This document shows, piece by piece, positions 18,367 to 29,552 of a stretch of DNA of 64,000 nt (the first letter of the stretch is position 1; each line of letters starts with the position of its first letter). The DNA comes from Candidatus Eiseniibacteriota bacterium. Its GTDB lineage: Bacteria; Eisenbacteria; RBG-16-71-46. The position numbers were made by a program, and so were the translations under genes. The DNA is taken from positions 32,001 through 96,000 of the forward strand of contig JBGAML010000017.1 in the NCBI GenBank assembly GCA_044223005.1, written 5' to 3'. Under the pieces are notes generated by a model, which saw only the letters and a program-made list of their open reading frames with translations, was not told the DNA's origin and did not search any database.

Positions 18367-19617
18367 ATGAACGAGTCCCCGAGCCTGACGACGCCCCTCT
18401 GGTGGGCGAATCCCACGCCGGCCTTCCCGGCGCTGCAGAACGACTCCGACGCCGAGGTCATCATCGTGGGCGGCGGCATCACCGGCATCACGCTCGCCTG
18501 GACGCTCGCCGAGCAGGGCTCGGCCGTGGTCGTGCTCGACGCCGGCAACATCGCGGGCGAGGCCAGCGGGCGCAACGCGGGCTTCCTGCTCGCCGCGCCG
18601 GCCGAGCCCTACGCCGAGCGGATCGCCATCTGGGGCCGCGAAGGCGCGCGCGCCGTGCTGCAGATCGGCCGCCGCTCGCACCAGCGGATCCGCCAGCTCG
18701 TCCAGAACCTGCCGATCGACTGCGACTACCGCCAGGCCGGATCGCTGCGGCTGACGCGCACGGCCGAGGAGAGCGAAGACCTGCGCAGCTCGCTGCTCGA
18801 GCTGCGTCACGACGGCTTCCCGATGCGCGAGATCCCGGTGACCGAGGCGGTCCCCGCGCACGCCGCCGATTCGTTCGACGCCGCGTTCGAGGTGCCCGAG
18901 GATGGCGAGCTGCACCCGGTGCGGTTCCTGCACGGGCTCGCGCAGGACGCGATCCGCAAGGGCGCTCGCATCCACGCGAACTCCGCGGTGCAGGCCGCGC
19001 GCTGGCAGGGCGGGCTGTGGGAAGTGCAATGCAACCACCGCGCCGTACGCGCGCGCACGCTCGTGCTCGCGACCAACGCATTCACGCCGCGGCTGCTGCC
19101 CAATCTCGGCGCGCTGATCGTGCCGCGGCGCGGCCAGATGCTCGCCACCGAACCGCTCGGCGAGTCGATCGTGAAGCTGCCGACCTACGCGCACTGGGGC
19201 TACCACTACTGGCGGCAGACGCCCGACACGCGACTCGTGATCGGCGGCTGGCGGGAACTGGACTTCGAGTCGGAGAGCACGTCGGAGAACGTCACCTCGC
19301 CCGCGATCCAGCAGGCGATCGAGGGCGGGCTCGCGACGCTGGTCGGCCGCAGCGTGAAGGTGGAACACCGCTGGGCGGGCATCATGGGCTTCGCGCGTGA
19401 CGGCCGGCCGCTCGTCGGCTGGCTGGACCCCTCGCACCACCTCGCCATCTGCGCCGGCTTCACCGGCCACGGCATGGGGCTCGCCGCCGCGTGCACGCAG
19501 GACCTCGCCGAACTCCTGGCGTGGAAGCGCGCCGCCGGCATCAGCACGTTCGATCCGCTGCGATTCCCCGAGCTGCGCCAGTCGCGCGAGGGCATCGTGG
19601 CGCTCGGCGTGCACTGA
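18367..19617 (+). CDS. FAD-dependent oxidoreductase, DAO/PuuB-like
   Basis: VIIVGGGITG, ASGRNAG, LHPVRF, VLATNA, RGQMLATEP, WAGIMG, GFTGHGM. Confidence 0.92.
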   Translation: MNESPSLTTPLWWANPTPAFPALQNDSDAEVIIVGGGITGITLAWTLAEQGSAVVVLDAGNIAGEASGRNAGFLLAAPAEPYAERIAIWGREGARAVLQIGRRSHQRIRQLVQNLPIDCDYRQAGSLRLTRTAEESEDLRSSLLELRHDGFPMREIPVTEAVPAHAADSFDAAFEVPEDGELHPVRFLHGLAQDAIRKGARIHANSAVQAARWQGGLWEVQCNHRAVRARTLVLATNAFTPRLLPNLGALIVPRRGQMLATEPLGESIVKLPTYAHWGYHYWRQTPDTRLVIGGWRELDFESESTSENVTSPAIQQAIEGGLATLVGRSVKVEHRWAGIMGFARDGRPLVGWLDPSHHLAICAGFTGHGMGLAAACTQDLAELLAWKRAAGISTFDPLRFPELRQSREGIVALGVH

Positions 19618-19638
19618 CGCTCGGCCGCAGCGTTCGGT

Positions 19639-20409
19639 TCAGGCGAGGCCGTGCCGCTCGAGCGTCGCCGCGTCGGAAAGCAGCGAGCGCGTCGGGCGGT
19701 CGGCCACGATCGCGCCGCCATCGAGCACGATCGACCGCGGGCAGAGCCGCTCCGCGAACGCGAGATCGTGCGTGGCGACGACCATCGTCGCGGGCAGGCC
19801 CGCGAGCAATGCGGCCAGCTCGCGGCGGCCGCGCGGATCGAGATCGCTGGTCGGCTCGTCGAGCAGCAGCAGGCCCGGCTCGCAGGCGAGCACTCCCGCG
19901 AGGCACGCGCGGCGCTTCTCGCCGGCCGACAGGTGGTGTGGCGCGCGCGCCTCGTAGCCTTCGAGTCGCACGGCGGCGAGCGCGCGGCGCACCGAGTCGT
20001 CGACGCGATCGGGGCTCCAGCCCCGGGCTCGCGGCCCGAAGCCGACGTCCTCCTCCACGGTGAGGGAGAACAGCTGGTCGTCCGGGTCGCTGAACACGAT
20101 GCCGACGCGCTCGCGCACCGCACGCGGCCGGAGCGGATCCACGAGCTCGCCATCGACGTGGATCGAGCCGGGCACGCCGTGCCCGTGCGCCGCGTCCCGG
20201 TGCCCGTGCTCGTGCACGTAGCGGTGGCGCTCGGGCAGCAGGCCCGCGAGGTGAAGCAGCAGTGTCGACTTGCCCGCGCCGTTGGGCCCGAGGAGCGCCA
20301 CGCGCTCACCCGGGAGAATCGTGAGGTCGAGAGCGCGCAGCGCCGGCGTGCCGTCCGGATAGTGGTAGGCCCGGCCGCGGACCTCGATCGCCACCGGCCT
20401 GGCACTCAC
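19639..20409 (-). CDS. ECF transporter ATPase (CbiO/NikO)
   Basis: GPNGAGKST, DPDDQLFSLTVEEDV.FGP, HLSAGEKRR, LLLDEPT, ATHD; His-rich insert after Walker A. Confidence 0.92.
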   Translation of the reverse strand: MSARPVAIEVRGRAYHYPDGTPALRALDLTILPGERVALLGPNGAGKSTLLLHLAGLLPERHRYVHEHGHRDAAHGHGVPGSIHVDGELVDPLRPRAVRERVGIVFSDPDDQLFSLTVEEDVGFGPRARGWSPDRVDDSVRRALAAVRLEGYEARAPHHLSAGEKRRACLAGVLACEPGLLLLDEPTSDLDPRGRRELAALLAGLPATMVVATHDLAFAERLCPRSIVLDGGAIVADRPTRSLLSDAATLERHGLA

Positions 20410-21041
20410 GCGTCGATCCCCCGGGCGCGGCGCGCTCGGTCCAGCGACTCGGCACGCTCGAGCGAGCGCAGCAGCAGCGCCGCCACGAGCCGCCCGTAAC
20501 CGCGCACGGTCTCGCGCGGCGCACGCACGAGCGGCGCCCACGCGCCGCCGCCGGCGCGGCGCGCGGCGCGAGCGCGCAGCATGGCGCGGACCTGGCGTGC
20601 GACGTGGTCGAGACTCGCCAGCGCGGACGCGCTCACGTCCCGGAAACGCGCCGGTACTCCCAGCCGCGCCATCGCCGCGAGCAGGCCGCGCGCGCCGAGC
20701 CACTCCGCCGTGGCGGCGGCGACGGCCGTCGCCGCCAGCGCACGCGCCACCAGTGCGGCGAGCAGCATTCCGGCGCGGTCCCGCGGCGCGAACCACGCCG
20801 CGGGCAGGGCCAGCAGCGTCACGAACGGCAGGAGCCAGGCGATGCGTGCGAGCGCGGGGACGGGCCGTACACCGCTGCGCGCGAACACCAGCAGGGCGAG
20901 CAGCAGCAGCAGCGCCCACAGCACCCAGGACGACACCGGAATGTCCCCGCCCCGCAGTCCCGCGGGCGCAAGCGCCGCCGCGAACACGGCCGCGGCGCCC
21001 ACGAGCAGCGCGAACGCCGCGCGCTCAGGAGTGCGGGACAT
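20406..21041 (-). CDS. ECF transporter T component (CbiQ/NikQ)
   Basis: Hydrophobic protein with ARAAR and LLLRSLERAE...ARRARG motifs. Confidence 0.85.
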   Translation of the reverse strand: MSRTPERAAFALLVGAAAVFAAALAPAGLRGGDIPVSSWVLWALLLLLALLVFARSGVRPVPALARIAWLLPFVTLLALPAAWFAPRDRAGMLLAALVARALAATAVAAATAEWLGARGLLAAMARLGVPARFRDVSASALASLDHVARQVRAMLRARAARRAGGGAWAPLVRAPRETVRGYGRLVAALLLRSLERAESLDRARRARGIDA

Positions 21042-21966
21042 GCTCCCCTCGCGAGAGCCCGCGCGCGGCGAGCCACGCGACGAGTGCGGCGGCGCCAGTG
21101 CCCGCGATGCCCGCGGCGAGCGGCGCCCATCGCCCCAGAAGGGCGCGAACCCGCTCGAGGTCTTCGATGGGCCCCTGCACGACAGGACGTTCGTGACCGG
21201 CGAACCCGAGAACGTTCGCGGTGTGCTCGAGTCCGTCCGGCAGGCGGCTGGCGAATGGCGCAAGGAACGCCGCGACCACCAGTGCCACACCGAACACGCC
21301 GGCGGCGAACACCACCGGACTCGCCGCGGGACGGCCGCCCGCCGCCTGAACGAGGTCGGGACGCCAGCGCAGGATCGTCGCGAGCACGGCGCCCGTCAGC
21401 GCGCCCTCGAGCACCCCGATCGCCGCGTGCGTCACGAGCATGAGCGGCAGGATGCCGGACAGCGGGTAGAGCCCCGAAGCCGACAGCCAGATCGCCACCA
21501 TCACGGCGCCGCAGACGGTCGCCACGAAGGCACCCACCACCGAGCCCGCGACGATGCCCCGGTGCCCGCGGACGGCGCGCGCGATCGCGCCCGCCACGGC
21601 TGCGCCCACGAGCGCGCCAGCGACTCCCATGTCGAGCAGGTTGGCCCCGAAAGCCGTGAGGCCACCGTCCTGCATGAGCAGCGCCTGCAACGCCAGCACC
21701 ACGCCCATCACGATCGTCGCGCGCGCCGGCCCCACGACCAGGGCCACGAGCGTCGCGCCCACGAGGTGGCCGCTGGTCCCCGGGGCCACGGGCACGTTCA
21801 CCATCTGGGCCGCGAAGACGAAGGCCGCCAGCGCCCCGAGCACGCCTGCGCTGGCGCGCTCGCGGTCGCCGCGTTCCGCCCGCAGCGCGGCCGCCAGCGC
21901 ACCGCCTCCGGCCAGCCACGTCGCACCGGCGACCGGAACGCTCAGGAATCCATCGGGGATGTGCAT
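21025..21966 (-). CDS. ECF substrate component CbiM/NikM fused to a PDGLE (NikN-like) domain
   Basis: N-terminal MHIPDGFL, FVFAAQMVN..PGTSGHL.GA, DGGLTA.GAN; C-terminal PFASRLPDGLE. Confidence 0.92.
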   Translation of the reverse strand: MHIPDGFLSVPVAGATWLAGGGALAAALRAERGDRERASAGVLGALAAFVFAAQMVNVPVAPGTSGHLVGATLVALVVGPARATIVMGVVLALQALLMQDGGLTAFGANLLDMGVAGALVGAAVAGAIARAVRGHRGIVAGSVVGAFVATVCGAVMVAIWLSASGLYPLSGILPLMLVTHAAIGVLEGALTGAVLATILRWRPDLVQAAGGRPAASPVVFAAGVFGVALVVAAFLAPFASRLPDGLEHTANVLGFAGHERPVVQGPIEDLERVRALLGRWAPLAAGIAGTGAAALVAWLAARGLSRGEHVPHS

Positions 21967-22040
21967 GGCCTCCGTCCAGGGCGAGAAGACGTTCGCAGGC
22001 GGCAGCATAGCAGGCTGCGCATCCTCGGCGGGCCGCCGGC

Positions 22041-22087
22041 TTGACGCACCGGCGAGGACGGTTCTATTGTGAACGTACGTTCACAAT
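22041..22087 (+). promoter_or_regulatory. promoter with overlapping 22-bp perfect palindromic operator
   Basis: TTGACG(22041)-18 nt-TATTGT(22065); ATTGTGAACGTACGTTCACAAT at 22066-22087 upstream of the TetR gene. Confidence 0.85.
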
Positions 22088-22111
22088 GCAGCCGACACCC
22101 CGGATGCGACG

Positions 22112-22765
22112 ATGCCCCGACCCAAGATCGAGACCGCGATCCGCCGCGAACAGATCGCCGAGGCCACGCTGGCGCTCGTGGCCGAGGGCGGCTTCAAGCG
22201 GCTCGGGGTCGCCGCGGTGGCGCGCCGCGTCGGGATCTCGCCCGCCGCGCTCTACCGCCACTACCCCGGCAAGGACGCCATCCTCGACGCCGTGCTCGAG
22301 CGCATGCGCGACCGGATGCGGGGCATCGTCGCCCGCGCGGCGGCCGGCCCGGGCGACGCGGTGGCCGCGCTGCGCCGGCTGCACGCGCTGCACATGGCGC
22401 TCGTGCGGCAGGACCGCGACTTCTTCCCCACGCTGATCTCCAGTTCCTTCCAGGACGGCGGCCCCGAGCGCGGCATGCGCGTGTACGACTTCGTCTCGGC
22501 CTACCTCGACGAGGTCGGCGCGGTCGTCCGCCGCGGACAGAAGGAAGGCTCGATCCGCGGCGACGTCGCGCCGCGCACCGTCGCGCTGATGTTCTTCGGC
22601 GCCGTCCAGCCCTCCGCGATGCTGTGGGTGTTCAGCCGCGGCGCGCACGACACCCGCCGCCATGCCCGCGAGGCGTGGACGCTCTTCGAACAGACCCTTC
22701 GCCCGGCCGCGACGGCGCGCCCGCGCGCATCGGCCACCGCACGCCGAACCCGGAGAACCGCATGA
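22112..22765 (+). CDS. TetR/AcrR family regulator
   Basis: RREQIAEAT...VARRVGISPAALYRHYPGKDAIL. Confidence 0.95.
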   Translation: MPRPKIETAIRREQIAEATLALVAEGGFKRLGVAAVARRVGISPAALYRHYPGKDAILDAVLERMRDRMRGIVARAAAGPGDAVAALRRLHALHMALVRQDRDFFPTLISSSFQDGGPERGMRVYDFVSAYLDEVGAVVRRGQKEGSIRGDVAPRTVALMFFGAVQPSAMLWVFSRGAHDTRRHAREAWTLFEQTLRPAATARPRASATARRTRRTA

Positions 22766-23757
22766 AGCCCAACCCGCGCATCGTCGTCCCGGTCCTGGCC
22801 ATCGCCACGATCGCGATCGTGACCACCGTGGTGATCCGCGGCCGCGCCGACCGCGACCATCTCGCGGCGTCGGGCACGCTCGAGGCCACCGAGGCCCAGC
22901 TGGGTTTCCTCGTCCCCGGCCGGCTCACGTCCGTCTCCGCCCACGAGGGCGACACCGTCGCCACGGGCGCAATGCTCGGCACGCTCGACACGCTCGAGGC
23001 GGCCGCGCGCACGCGGCAGGCCGCCGCGCAGCGCGACGCCGCCGCCGCGCTGCTGCTCGAGATGCAGCGCGGCGCCCGTCCCGAGGAACTGCAGCAGGCC
23101 CGGGCGGCGCGCGCCGCGGCCCAGCAGCGTCTCACCGACGCGCAACAGGATTTCGACCGCGCCGAGCCGCTCATCCGGCGCCAGGTGATCAGCCAGCAGT
23201 CCTACGACAAGTCGAAGACCGCGCTCGACGTGGCGAAGAGCCAGTTCCAGCAGGCCGACGACGCGTACCGGCTCGTGGAGAAGGGCCCGCGCACCGAACG
23301 CATCGCCGCGCAGCGCGCGCAGGTCGCCACCGCCGAGGCCGCGCTCGCGGCGGCGCAGGTCCAGCTCGCCAACATGACGATCCGTGCGCCCTTCCCCGGC
23401 GTCGTCACCGTCCGGCACCACGAGCCCGGCGAGATCGTCGCGGCCGGCTCGCCCGTCGTGTCGCTCATGAACCGCGACGACCGCTGGGTGAAGATCTACG
23501 TGAGCGAGGCGCGCATCGCCGCGGTGCGCACGGGACAGCACGCGCGCATCACCTGCGACACGTTCCGCGACCGGCACTACGACGGCACCGTGACCTACGT
23601 GAGCAGCACCGCCGAGTTCACGCCCAAGAACGTGCAGACGACCGAGGACCGCGTGCGGCTCGTGTACGCGGTGAAGGTCCGCGTGAGCGGCGACGCGAAC
23701 TTCGACCTCAAGCCGGGCATGCCGGCGGACGTCGTGCTGGACACGGCCACGCGATGA
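22762..23757 (+). CDS. HlyD family membrane fusion protein (YbhG-like)
   Basis: N-terminal TM, ASGTLEATE, coiled coil, TIRAPFPG, AEFTPKNVQT..DRVRLVY, LKPGMPAD. Confidence 0.93.
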   Translation: MKPNPRIVVPVLAIATIAIVTTVVIRGRADRDHLAASGTLEATEAQLGFLVPGRLTSVSAHEGDTVATGAMLGTLDTLEAAARTRQAAAQRDAAAALLLEMQRGARPEELQQARAARAAAQQRLTDAQQDFDRAEPLIRRQVISQQSYDKSKTALDVAKSQFQQADDAYRLVEKGPRTERIAAQRAQVATAEAALAAAQVQLANMTIRAPFPGVVTVRHHEPGEIVAAGSPVVSLMNRDDRWVKIYVSEARIAAVRTGQHARITCDTFRDRHYDGTVTYVSSTAEFTPKNVQTTEDRVRLVYAVKVRVSGDANFDLKPGMPADVVLDTATR

Positions 23758-24682
23758 GCGCTGCCGCGCCGCTGGTCCGGCTCGAGGGCCTCACCCGCCG
23801 CTTCGGCGAGCTCGTCGCGGTCGACGCGCTCGCGTTCGAAGTCGCGCGCGGCGAGCTCTTCGGGCTCGTGGGGCCCGACGGCGCCGGCAAGACGACCACG
23901 CTGCGCATGCTCGCCGGCGTGCTGCGGCCCAGCGCCGGCGACGCCACGATCGCGGGCACGTCGGTCGTGCGCGACCCGGAAGCCGTGAAGCACTCGATCG
24001 CGTACATGTCGCAGCGTTTCGGTCTCTACACCGACCTCACGGTCGCCGAGAACATCGCGTTCTACGCCGACCTCTACCGGGTCCCGCGCGCGGCCCGCGC
24101 GGCCCGCATGGACCGGCTGTACGCGTTCTCCGCGCTCGGACCGTTCCGGGAAAGGCTCGCGGGGCAGCTCTCGGGCGGCATGAAGCAGAAGCTGGCGCTC
24201 TCCTGCTGCCTGGTCCACGAACCCGAACTGCTGCTGCTCGACGAGCCCACGTTCGGCGTCGACCCGATCTCGCGCCGCGATTTGTGGCTGATCGTGCACG
24301 AGATGGTCGCGCACGGCACCACCGTGATCGTGAGTACCGCGTACCTCGACGAGGCCGAGCGCTTCGACCGGCTGGCGCTGCTGGACCGCGGGCGGACGCT
24401 GGCGATCGACACCGCGGAGCGACTCCAGCACGGCATGCCGCGGGCGATCCTCGGCGTCACCGTCGCGGACGTGCGCGCGGCGCGCGCGGTGGCCGAGGCC
24501 GTGCCGGGCGTGACGCGCGCGGCGATCTTCGGCGACCGGTTGCACCTGACCGTGGACGACGAGGCCGCGACCGGCGCGCGGGTCACCGCGGCGCTGGCCG
24601 CCGCCGGGTTCGCACCCGGCGACGTGCGGCGGATCGTGCCTTCGCTCGAGGACGTGTTCATCGAGCGCATCGCGGAGGCGCG

Positions 24683-24686
<4 letters not shown>
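23754..24686 (+). CDS. ABC exporter ATPase (YbhF N-half-like)
   Basis: GPDGAGKTT, LSGGMKQK, LLLDEPTFGVDPISRR, STAYLDEA. Confidence 0.93.
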
Positions 24687-25663
<977 letters not shown>

Positions 25664-25665
25664 GC

Positions 25666-26784
25666 ATGATCGACCGCACCCGGCTGCTCGCCGTCGTCCG
25701 CAAGGAGTTCCTGCAGCTGCGCCGCGATCCGCGCAGCATGGCGCTGTCGTTCGTGCTGCCGCTCGTGCTGCTCGTCTTCTTCGGCTACGCGATCACGTTC
25801 GACGTCAACCACATCCGCATGGCGGTGATCGACCAGGACCACGGCCGGCGCGCCCGCGACCTCGTGGACGCGTTCCGCGCTGCGGAACGCTTCGACCTCG
25901 TCCCCGCGCCCGCGGATCCGTCCGCGATCGGCCCGCTGCTCGACCGCTCGGTGGTCCGCATGGTGCTCGTGATCCCGCCCGATTTCAGCGCCGACCTCGG
26001 CGCCGGGCGCACGGCGGTCGTGCAGGCGATCGTCGACGGTGGCGACGCGAACACGGCGACCATCGCGATCGGCTACACGCAGGCGCTGGTGCAGCAGTTC
26101 TCGACCCGCCTGCTCCTGCAGGCGCGCCAGCTGCATCCACCGGTCGAGGCGAGCACCCGCGTCTGGTTCAACGAGGAGCTTTCCAGCCGCAACATGATCG
26201 TCCCCGGGCTGGTCGTGCTGATCATGATGATCATCGCCGGCCTGCTCACGTCGCTCACCATCGCGCGCGAGTGGGAACGCGGCACGATGGAGCAGCTGGC
26301 GGCGACACCCGTCACGCGCGTGGAGATCGTGCTGGGCAAGCTCGCACCCTTCCTCGTCATCGGGCTCGTCGACGTGGCGGTGACGTCGGTGGTCGGGGTC
26401 TGGCTGTTCCACGTCCCCTTCCGCGGCAACGCGCTCTTCCTGATCGGGCCCACGACGCTGTTCCTCGTCGGCACGCTCGCCATGGGGCTCGCGATCTCCG
26501 CGGTCACGCGGACGCAGCTGCTCGCCACGCAGGTCGGCATGATCGCCACGTTCCTGCCCGGGTTCCTGCTGTCGGGGTTCATGTACGCGATCTCCAGCAT
26601 GCCCCTGCCGCTGCGCGTGCTCACGTACTTCGTGCCCGCGCGCTACTTCCTGGTGGTCGTGCGCGGCGTGTTCCTCAAGGGCATCGGGCCGTGGGTGCTC
26701 TGGCCTGAGGTGCTGCTCATGGCGCTCTACGCCGCGCTCATGCTGGTCCTGGCCGTGCGCGCGTTCCGCAAGGAGCTCACGTGA
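25666..26784 (+). CDS. ABC-2 type permease (YbhS-like)
   Basis: RKEFLQLRRD, IVPGL, AREWERGTMEQL, LLSGF. Confidence 0.92.
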   Translation: MIDRTRLLAVVRKEFLQLRRDPRSMALSFVLPLVLLVFFGYAITFDVNHIRMAVIDQDHGRRARDLVDAFRAAERFDLVPAPADPSAIGPLLDRSVVRMVLVIPPDFSADLGAGRTAVVQAIVDGGDANTATIAIGYTQALVQQFSTRLLLQARQLHPPVEASTRVWFNEELSSRNMIVPGLVVLIMMIIAGLLTSLTIAREWERGTMEQLAATPVTRVEIVLGKLAPFLVIGLVDVAVTSVVGVWLFHVPFRGNALFLIGPTTLFLVGTLAMGLAISAVTRTQLLATQVGMIATFLPGFLLSGFMYAISSMPLPLRVLTYFVPARYFLVVVRGVFLKGIGPWVLWPEVLLMALYAALMLVLAVRAFRKELT

Positions 26785-27896
26785 TGTCGCACCCGAGTCT
26801 CGAGCGCATCGGCGAGCTCGTCCGCAAGGAGCTCATCCAGGTCGTGCGCGACCCGCGGCTGCTGCGGCTCGTGATCGTGGCGCCGATCCTGCAGCTGCTG
26901 GCGTTCGGCTACGCCGTGTCGACCGACGTGCGCGACACGCCGACATTCGTCGTGGACCTCGACCATACGGCCGCGGCGCGCGACCTCACCGCGACGATGT
27001 TCTCGACCGGCTACTTCCGCCCCGCCGGCACGTCGGACCGGCCGCGCGACCTCGTCGGGGCGATCGACCGCGGCCAGGCTTCGGTGGGCCTCGTGATCCC
27101 GCGCGGCTTCGCGCGCGACCTCGCCCGCGGCGGCGCACAGGTGCAGGTCGTTCTCGACGGCACCAGCTCCAACACCGCGACGATCGCGATGGGCTACTCG
27201 CAGCGCATCGTGCAGGCGTGGGGACTCGCGCGGGCGGGGGTGGCGTACCGGCTGCCCGTCGAGTTGCGAGAGCGCGCCTGGTTCAACCCCGACCTCTCGT
27301 CGCGCGACTACAACGTGCCCGCCGTGATCGGCAACGTGCTCATGATCCTGAGCCTCATGCTCACCGCGCTCGCCGTGGTCCGCGAGCGCGAACTGGGCAC
27401 GCTCGAACAGCTCATGGTGAGCCCGCTCACCCCGGGCGAGCTCATCATCGGCAAGACGCTGCCGTTCGCGCTGCTCTGCATGCTCGACCTGCTGCTCATC
27501 ACGACGGTGGCGCTGGCCTGGTTCCGGGTGCCGTTCCACGGCAACTTCGCGCTGCTGCTGCTCGCGGGCCTGCTCTACCTGGTCTGCATGCTGGGGCTCG
27601 GGCTGCTGATCTCGACCCTGGCGAAGACGCAGCAGGAAGCCGTGCTCACGATCTTCCTCTTCATCATGCCGCTCATGCTGCTCTCGGGATTCATGTTCCC
27701 GGTGGCCAGCATGCCCGCCGGATTCCGGTACCTGACGCTCTTCAATCCGCTGCGGCACTTCCTCGAGATCGTGCGCGCGATCTTCCTCAAGGGCGCCGGT
27801 CTCGGCGCGCTCTGGCCGCAGTTCCTCGCGCTCGTCCTGCTCGGCGCCACGACGCTGGCGCTCGCCGGGCGGCGCTTCCGCAAGACGGCCGCGTGA
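26781..27896 (+). CDS. ABC-2 type permease (YbhR-like)
   Basis: RKELIQVVRD, WFNPDL, VRERELGTLEQL, LLSGFMFP, NPLRHF. Confidence 0.92.
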   Translation: MMSHPSLERIGELVRKELIQVVRDPRLLRLVIVAPILQLLAFGYAVSTDVRDTPTFVVDLDHTAAARDLTATMFSTGYFRPAGTSDRPRDLVGAIDRGQASVGLVIPRGFARDLARGGAQVQVVLDGTSSNTATIAMGYSQRIVQAWGLARAGVAYRLPVELRERAWFNPDLSSRDYNVPAVIGNVLMILSLMLTALAVVRERELGTLEQLMVSPLTPGELIIGKTLPFALLCMLDLLLITTVALAWFRVPFHGNFALLLLAGLLYLVCMLGLGLLISTLAKTQQEAVLTIFLFIMPLMLLSGFMFPVASMPAGFRYLTLFNPLRHFLEIVRAIFLKGAGLGALWPQFLALVLLGATTLALAGRRFRKTAA

Positions 27897-28009
27897 CGCC
27901 CGGCGCGCCGGAACGTCCTCGCCCGGCCGCACCCTGACGCGGCGCGCCGGTCGCGACGGACGCGCCCCGGGAGCGGCGGAACCCCGCGCTCCCGCGGGCG
28001 CGCGATGCG

Positions 28010-28039
28010 TTTACCGGGGCCGCCGGGGCGGGCTATACT
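28010..28039 (+). promoter_or_regulatory. putative sigma70 promoter of aldolase-fbp
   Basis: TTTACC-18 nt-TATACT. Confidence 0.6.
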
Positions 28040-28134
28040 GCGGCGGCATCTGTGCTGCACCACTCACACTTTCCGATGCGTTCCCGCGCGCCGGCCGGAG
28101 GCTCTCGCGGCGGGACGCTGTGCCGAGGAATCCC

Positions 28135-29535
28135 ATGAATCTCGAACTGAAGACCCTCGACGAAGTCCGCCAGGCGACGGCGGTGCTCGCCACCGGAAAC
28201 GGCGACGCCCTCGACCGCCTCGTGTGGACCGGCGTGTTCGGCACCGGCGAGGTGCGCGACGTCGCGCGCCAGTCCGTGCTCGACCAGTGCAAGAGCGTCG
28301 GGATCTACCCCGCCTCGATCCACGACCTCTACATGGCCCGCGGCCGTGGCGAGGTGCCGGCGACCTTCACCGTGCCGGCCATCAATATCCGCGGCATCGC
28401 GTACGACACCGCCCGCGCGCTCTTCCGCGCCCGCAAGGCGCTCGACGCGGGCGCCGTGCTGATCGAGATCGCTCGCTCGGAGATGACCTACACCGACCAG
28501 CGCCCGACCGAGTACGTGTTCGTGCTCCTCGCGGCCGCGCTGCGCGAAGGCTGGAAGGGCCCGGTGTTCGTGCAGGGCGACCACTTCCAGATCAACGCCA
28601 AGAAGTACGCCGCCGATCCGGCCGCCGAGAAGAAGACGGTGACCGACCTCGCCGCCGAGGCGATCGCGGCCGGCTTCTACAACATCGACGTCGACACGTC
28701 GACGCTGGTCGAGCTGGAGAAGCCCACGCACCGCGAGCAGCAGCAGCTCAACGGTACGATCTGCGCCGAGATCACCGCGTTCATCCGCAAGCACGAGCCC
28801 AAGGGCGTGCACGTGTCGGTGGGCGGCGAGATCGGTGAGGTCGGCGGCCGCAACTCCACCGCCGAAGAGCTCGAGGCGTTCGTCGAGATCTTCAACGCCA
28901 AGCTCGCCCAACTCGCCCCCGGCGCGCCCGGCATGAGCAAGATCTCGATCCAGACCGGCACGAGCCACGGCGGCGTGCCGCTGCCGGACGGCACGATCGC
29001 CAAGGTCAAGCTCGACTTCGACACGCTCGAGAACCTGAGCAAGCTCTCGACCCAGAAGTACGGCTTCGCCGGCACCGTGCAGCACGGCGCCTCGACGCTG
29101 CCGTCGGAGCTGTTCGGCGAGTTCCCGAAGCGGTTCGCGTGCGAGATCCATCTCGCGACCGAGTTCCAGAACATGATCTTCGACCACCCGAAGTTCCCGG
29201 CCGAGCTGAAGAACCGCATCTACGACGACCTGCGCGTCTCCGCGGCCGGCGAGCGCAAGGCCGGCGACACCGAGGAGCAGTTCCTCTACAAGGCGCGCAA
29301 GAAGGCACTCGGCGCGTTCAAGAAGGAGCTGTGGTCGCTGCCCGCGGACGTGCGCGGAGCGATCGGCCAGTCGCTCGAGGAACGCTTCACGTTCCTGCTC
29401 AAGCAGCTCAAGGCGGACGGCACGCGTGCCGTGGCCGAGAAGTACGCGCCGTTCGTGCCGGGCTCGTTCCCGAGCGCCACGCCGAACGTCGCCGTCGTCA
29501 GTGGACCCGAGGACGTGACCGGACTCTCCGACTGA
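28135..29535 (+). CDS. class II fructose-bisphosphate aldolase family protein (long form)
   Basis: FTVPAINIR, QGDHFQ, GGEIGEVGG, QTGTSHGG, VQHGASTL; adjacent to fbp. Confidence 0.85.
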   Translation: MNLELKTLDEVRQATAVLATGNGDALDRLVWTGVFGTGEVRDVARQSVLDQCKSVGIYPASIHDLYMARGRGEVPATFTVPAINIRGIAYDTARALFRARKALDAGAVLIEIARSEMTYTDQRPTEYVFVLLAAALREGWKGPVFVQGDHFQINAKKYAADPAAEKKTVTDLAAEAIAAGFYNIDVDTSTLVELEKPTHREQQQLNGTICAEITAFIRKHEPKGVHVSVGGEIGEVGGRNSTAEELEAFVEIFNAKLAQLAPGAPGMSKISIQTGTSHGGVPLPDGTIAKVKLDFDTLENLSKLSTQKYGFAGTVQHGASTLPSELFGEFPKRFACEIHLATEFQNMIFDHPKFPAELKNRIYDDLRVSAAGERKAGDTEEQFLYKARKKALGAFKKELWSLPADVRGAIGQSLEERFTFLLKQLKADGTRAVAEKYAPFVPGSFPSATPNVAVVSGPEDVTGLSD

Positions 29536-29552
29536 GAGCGGAAAGGAGCCCC

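Noticed and set aside
21967..22111. Cobalamin riboswitch upstream of cbiM/nikM
   Set aside because: No B12-box motif seen; the region is short and occupied by the divergent promoter and operator
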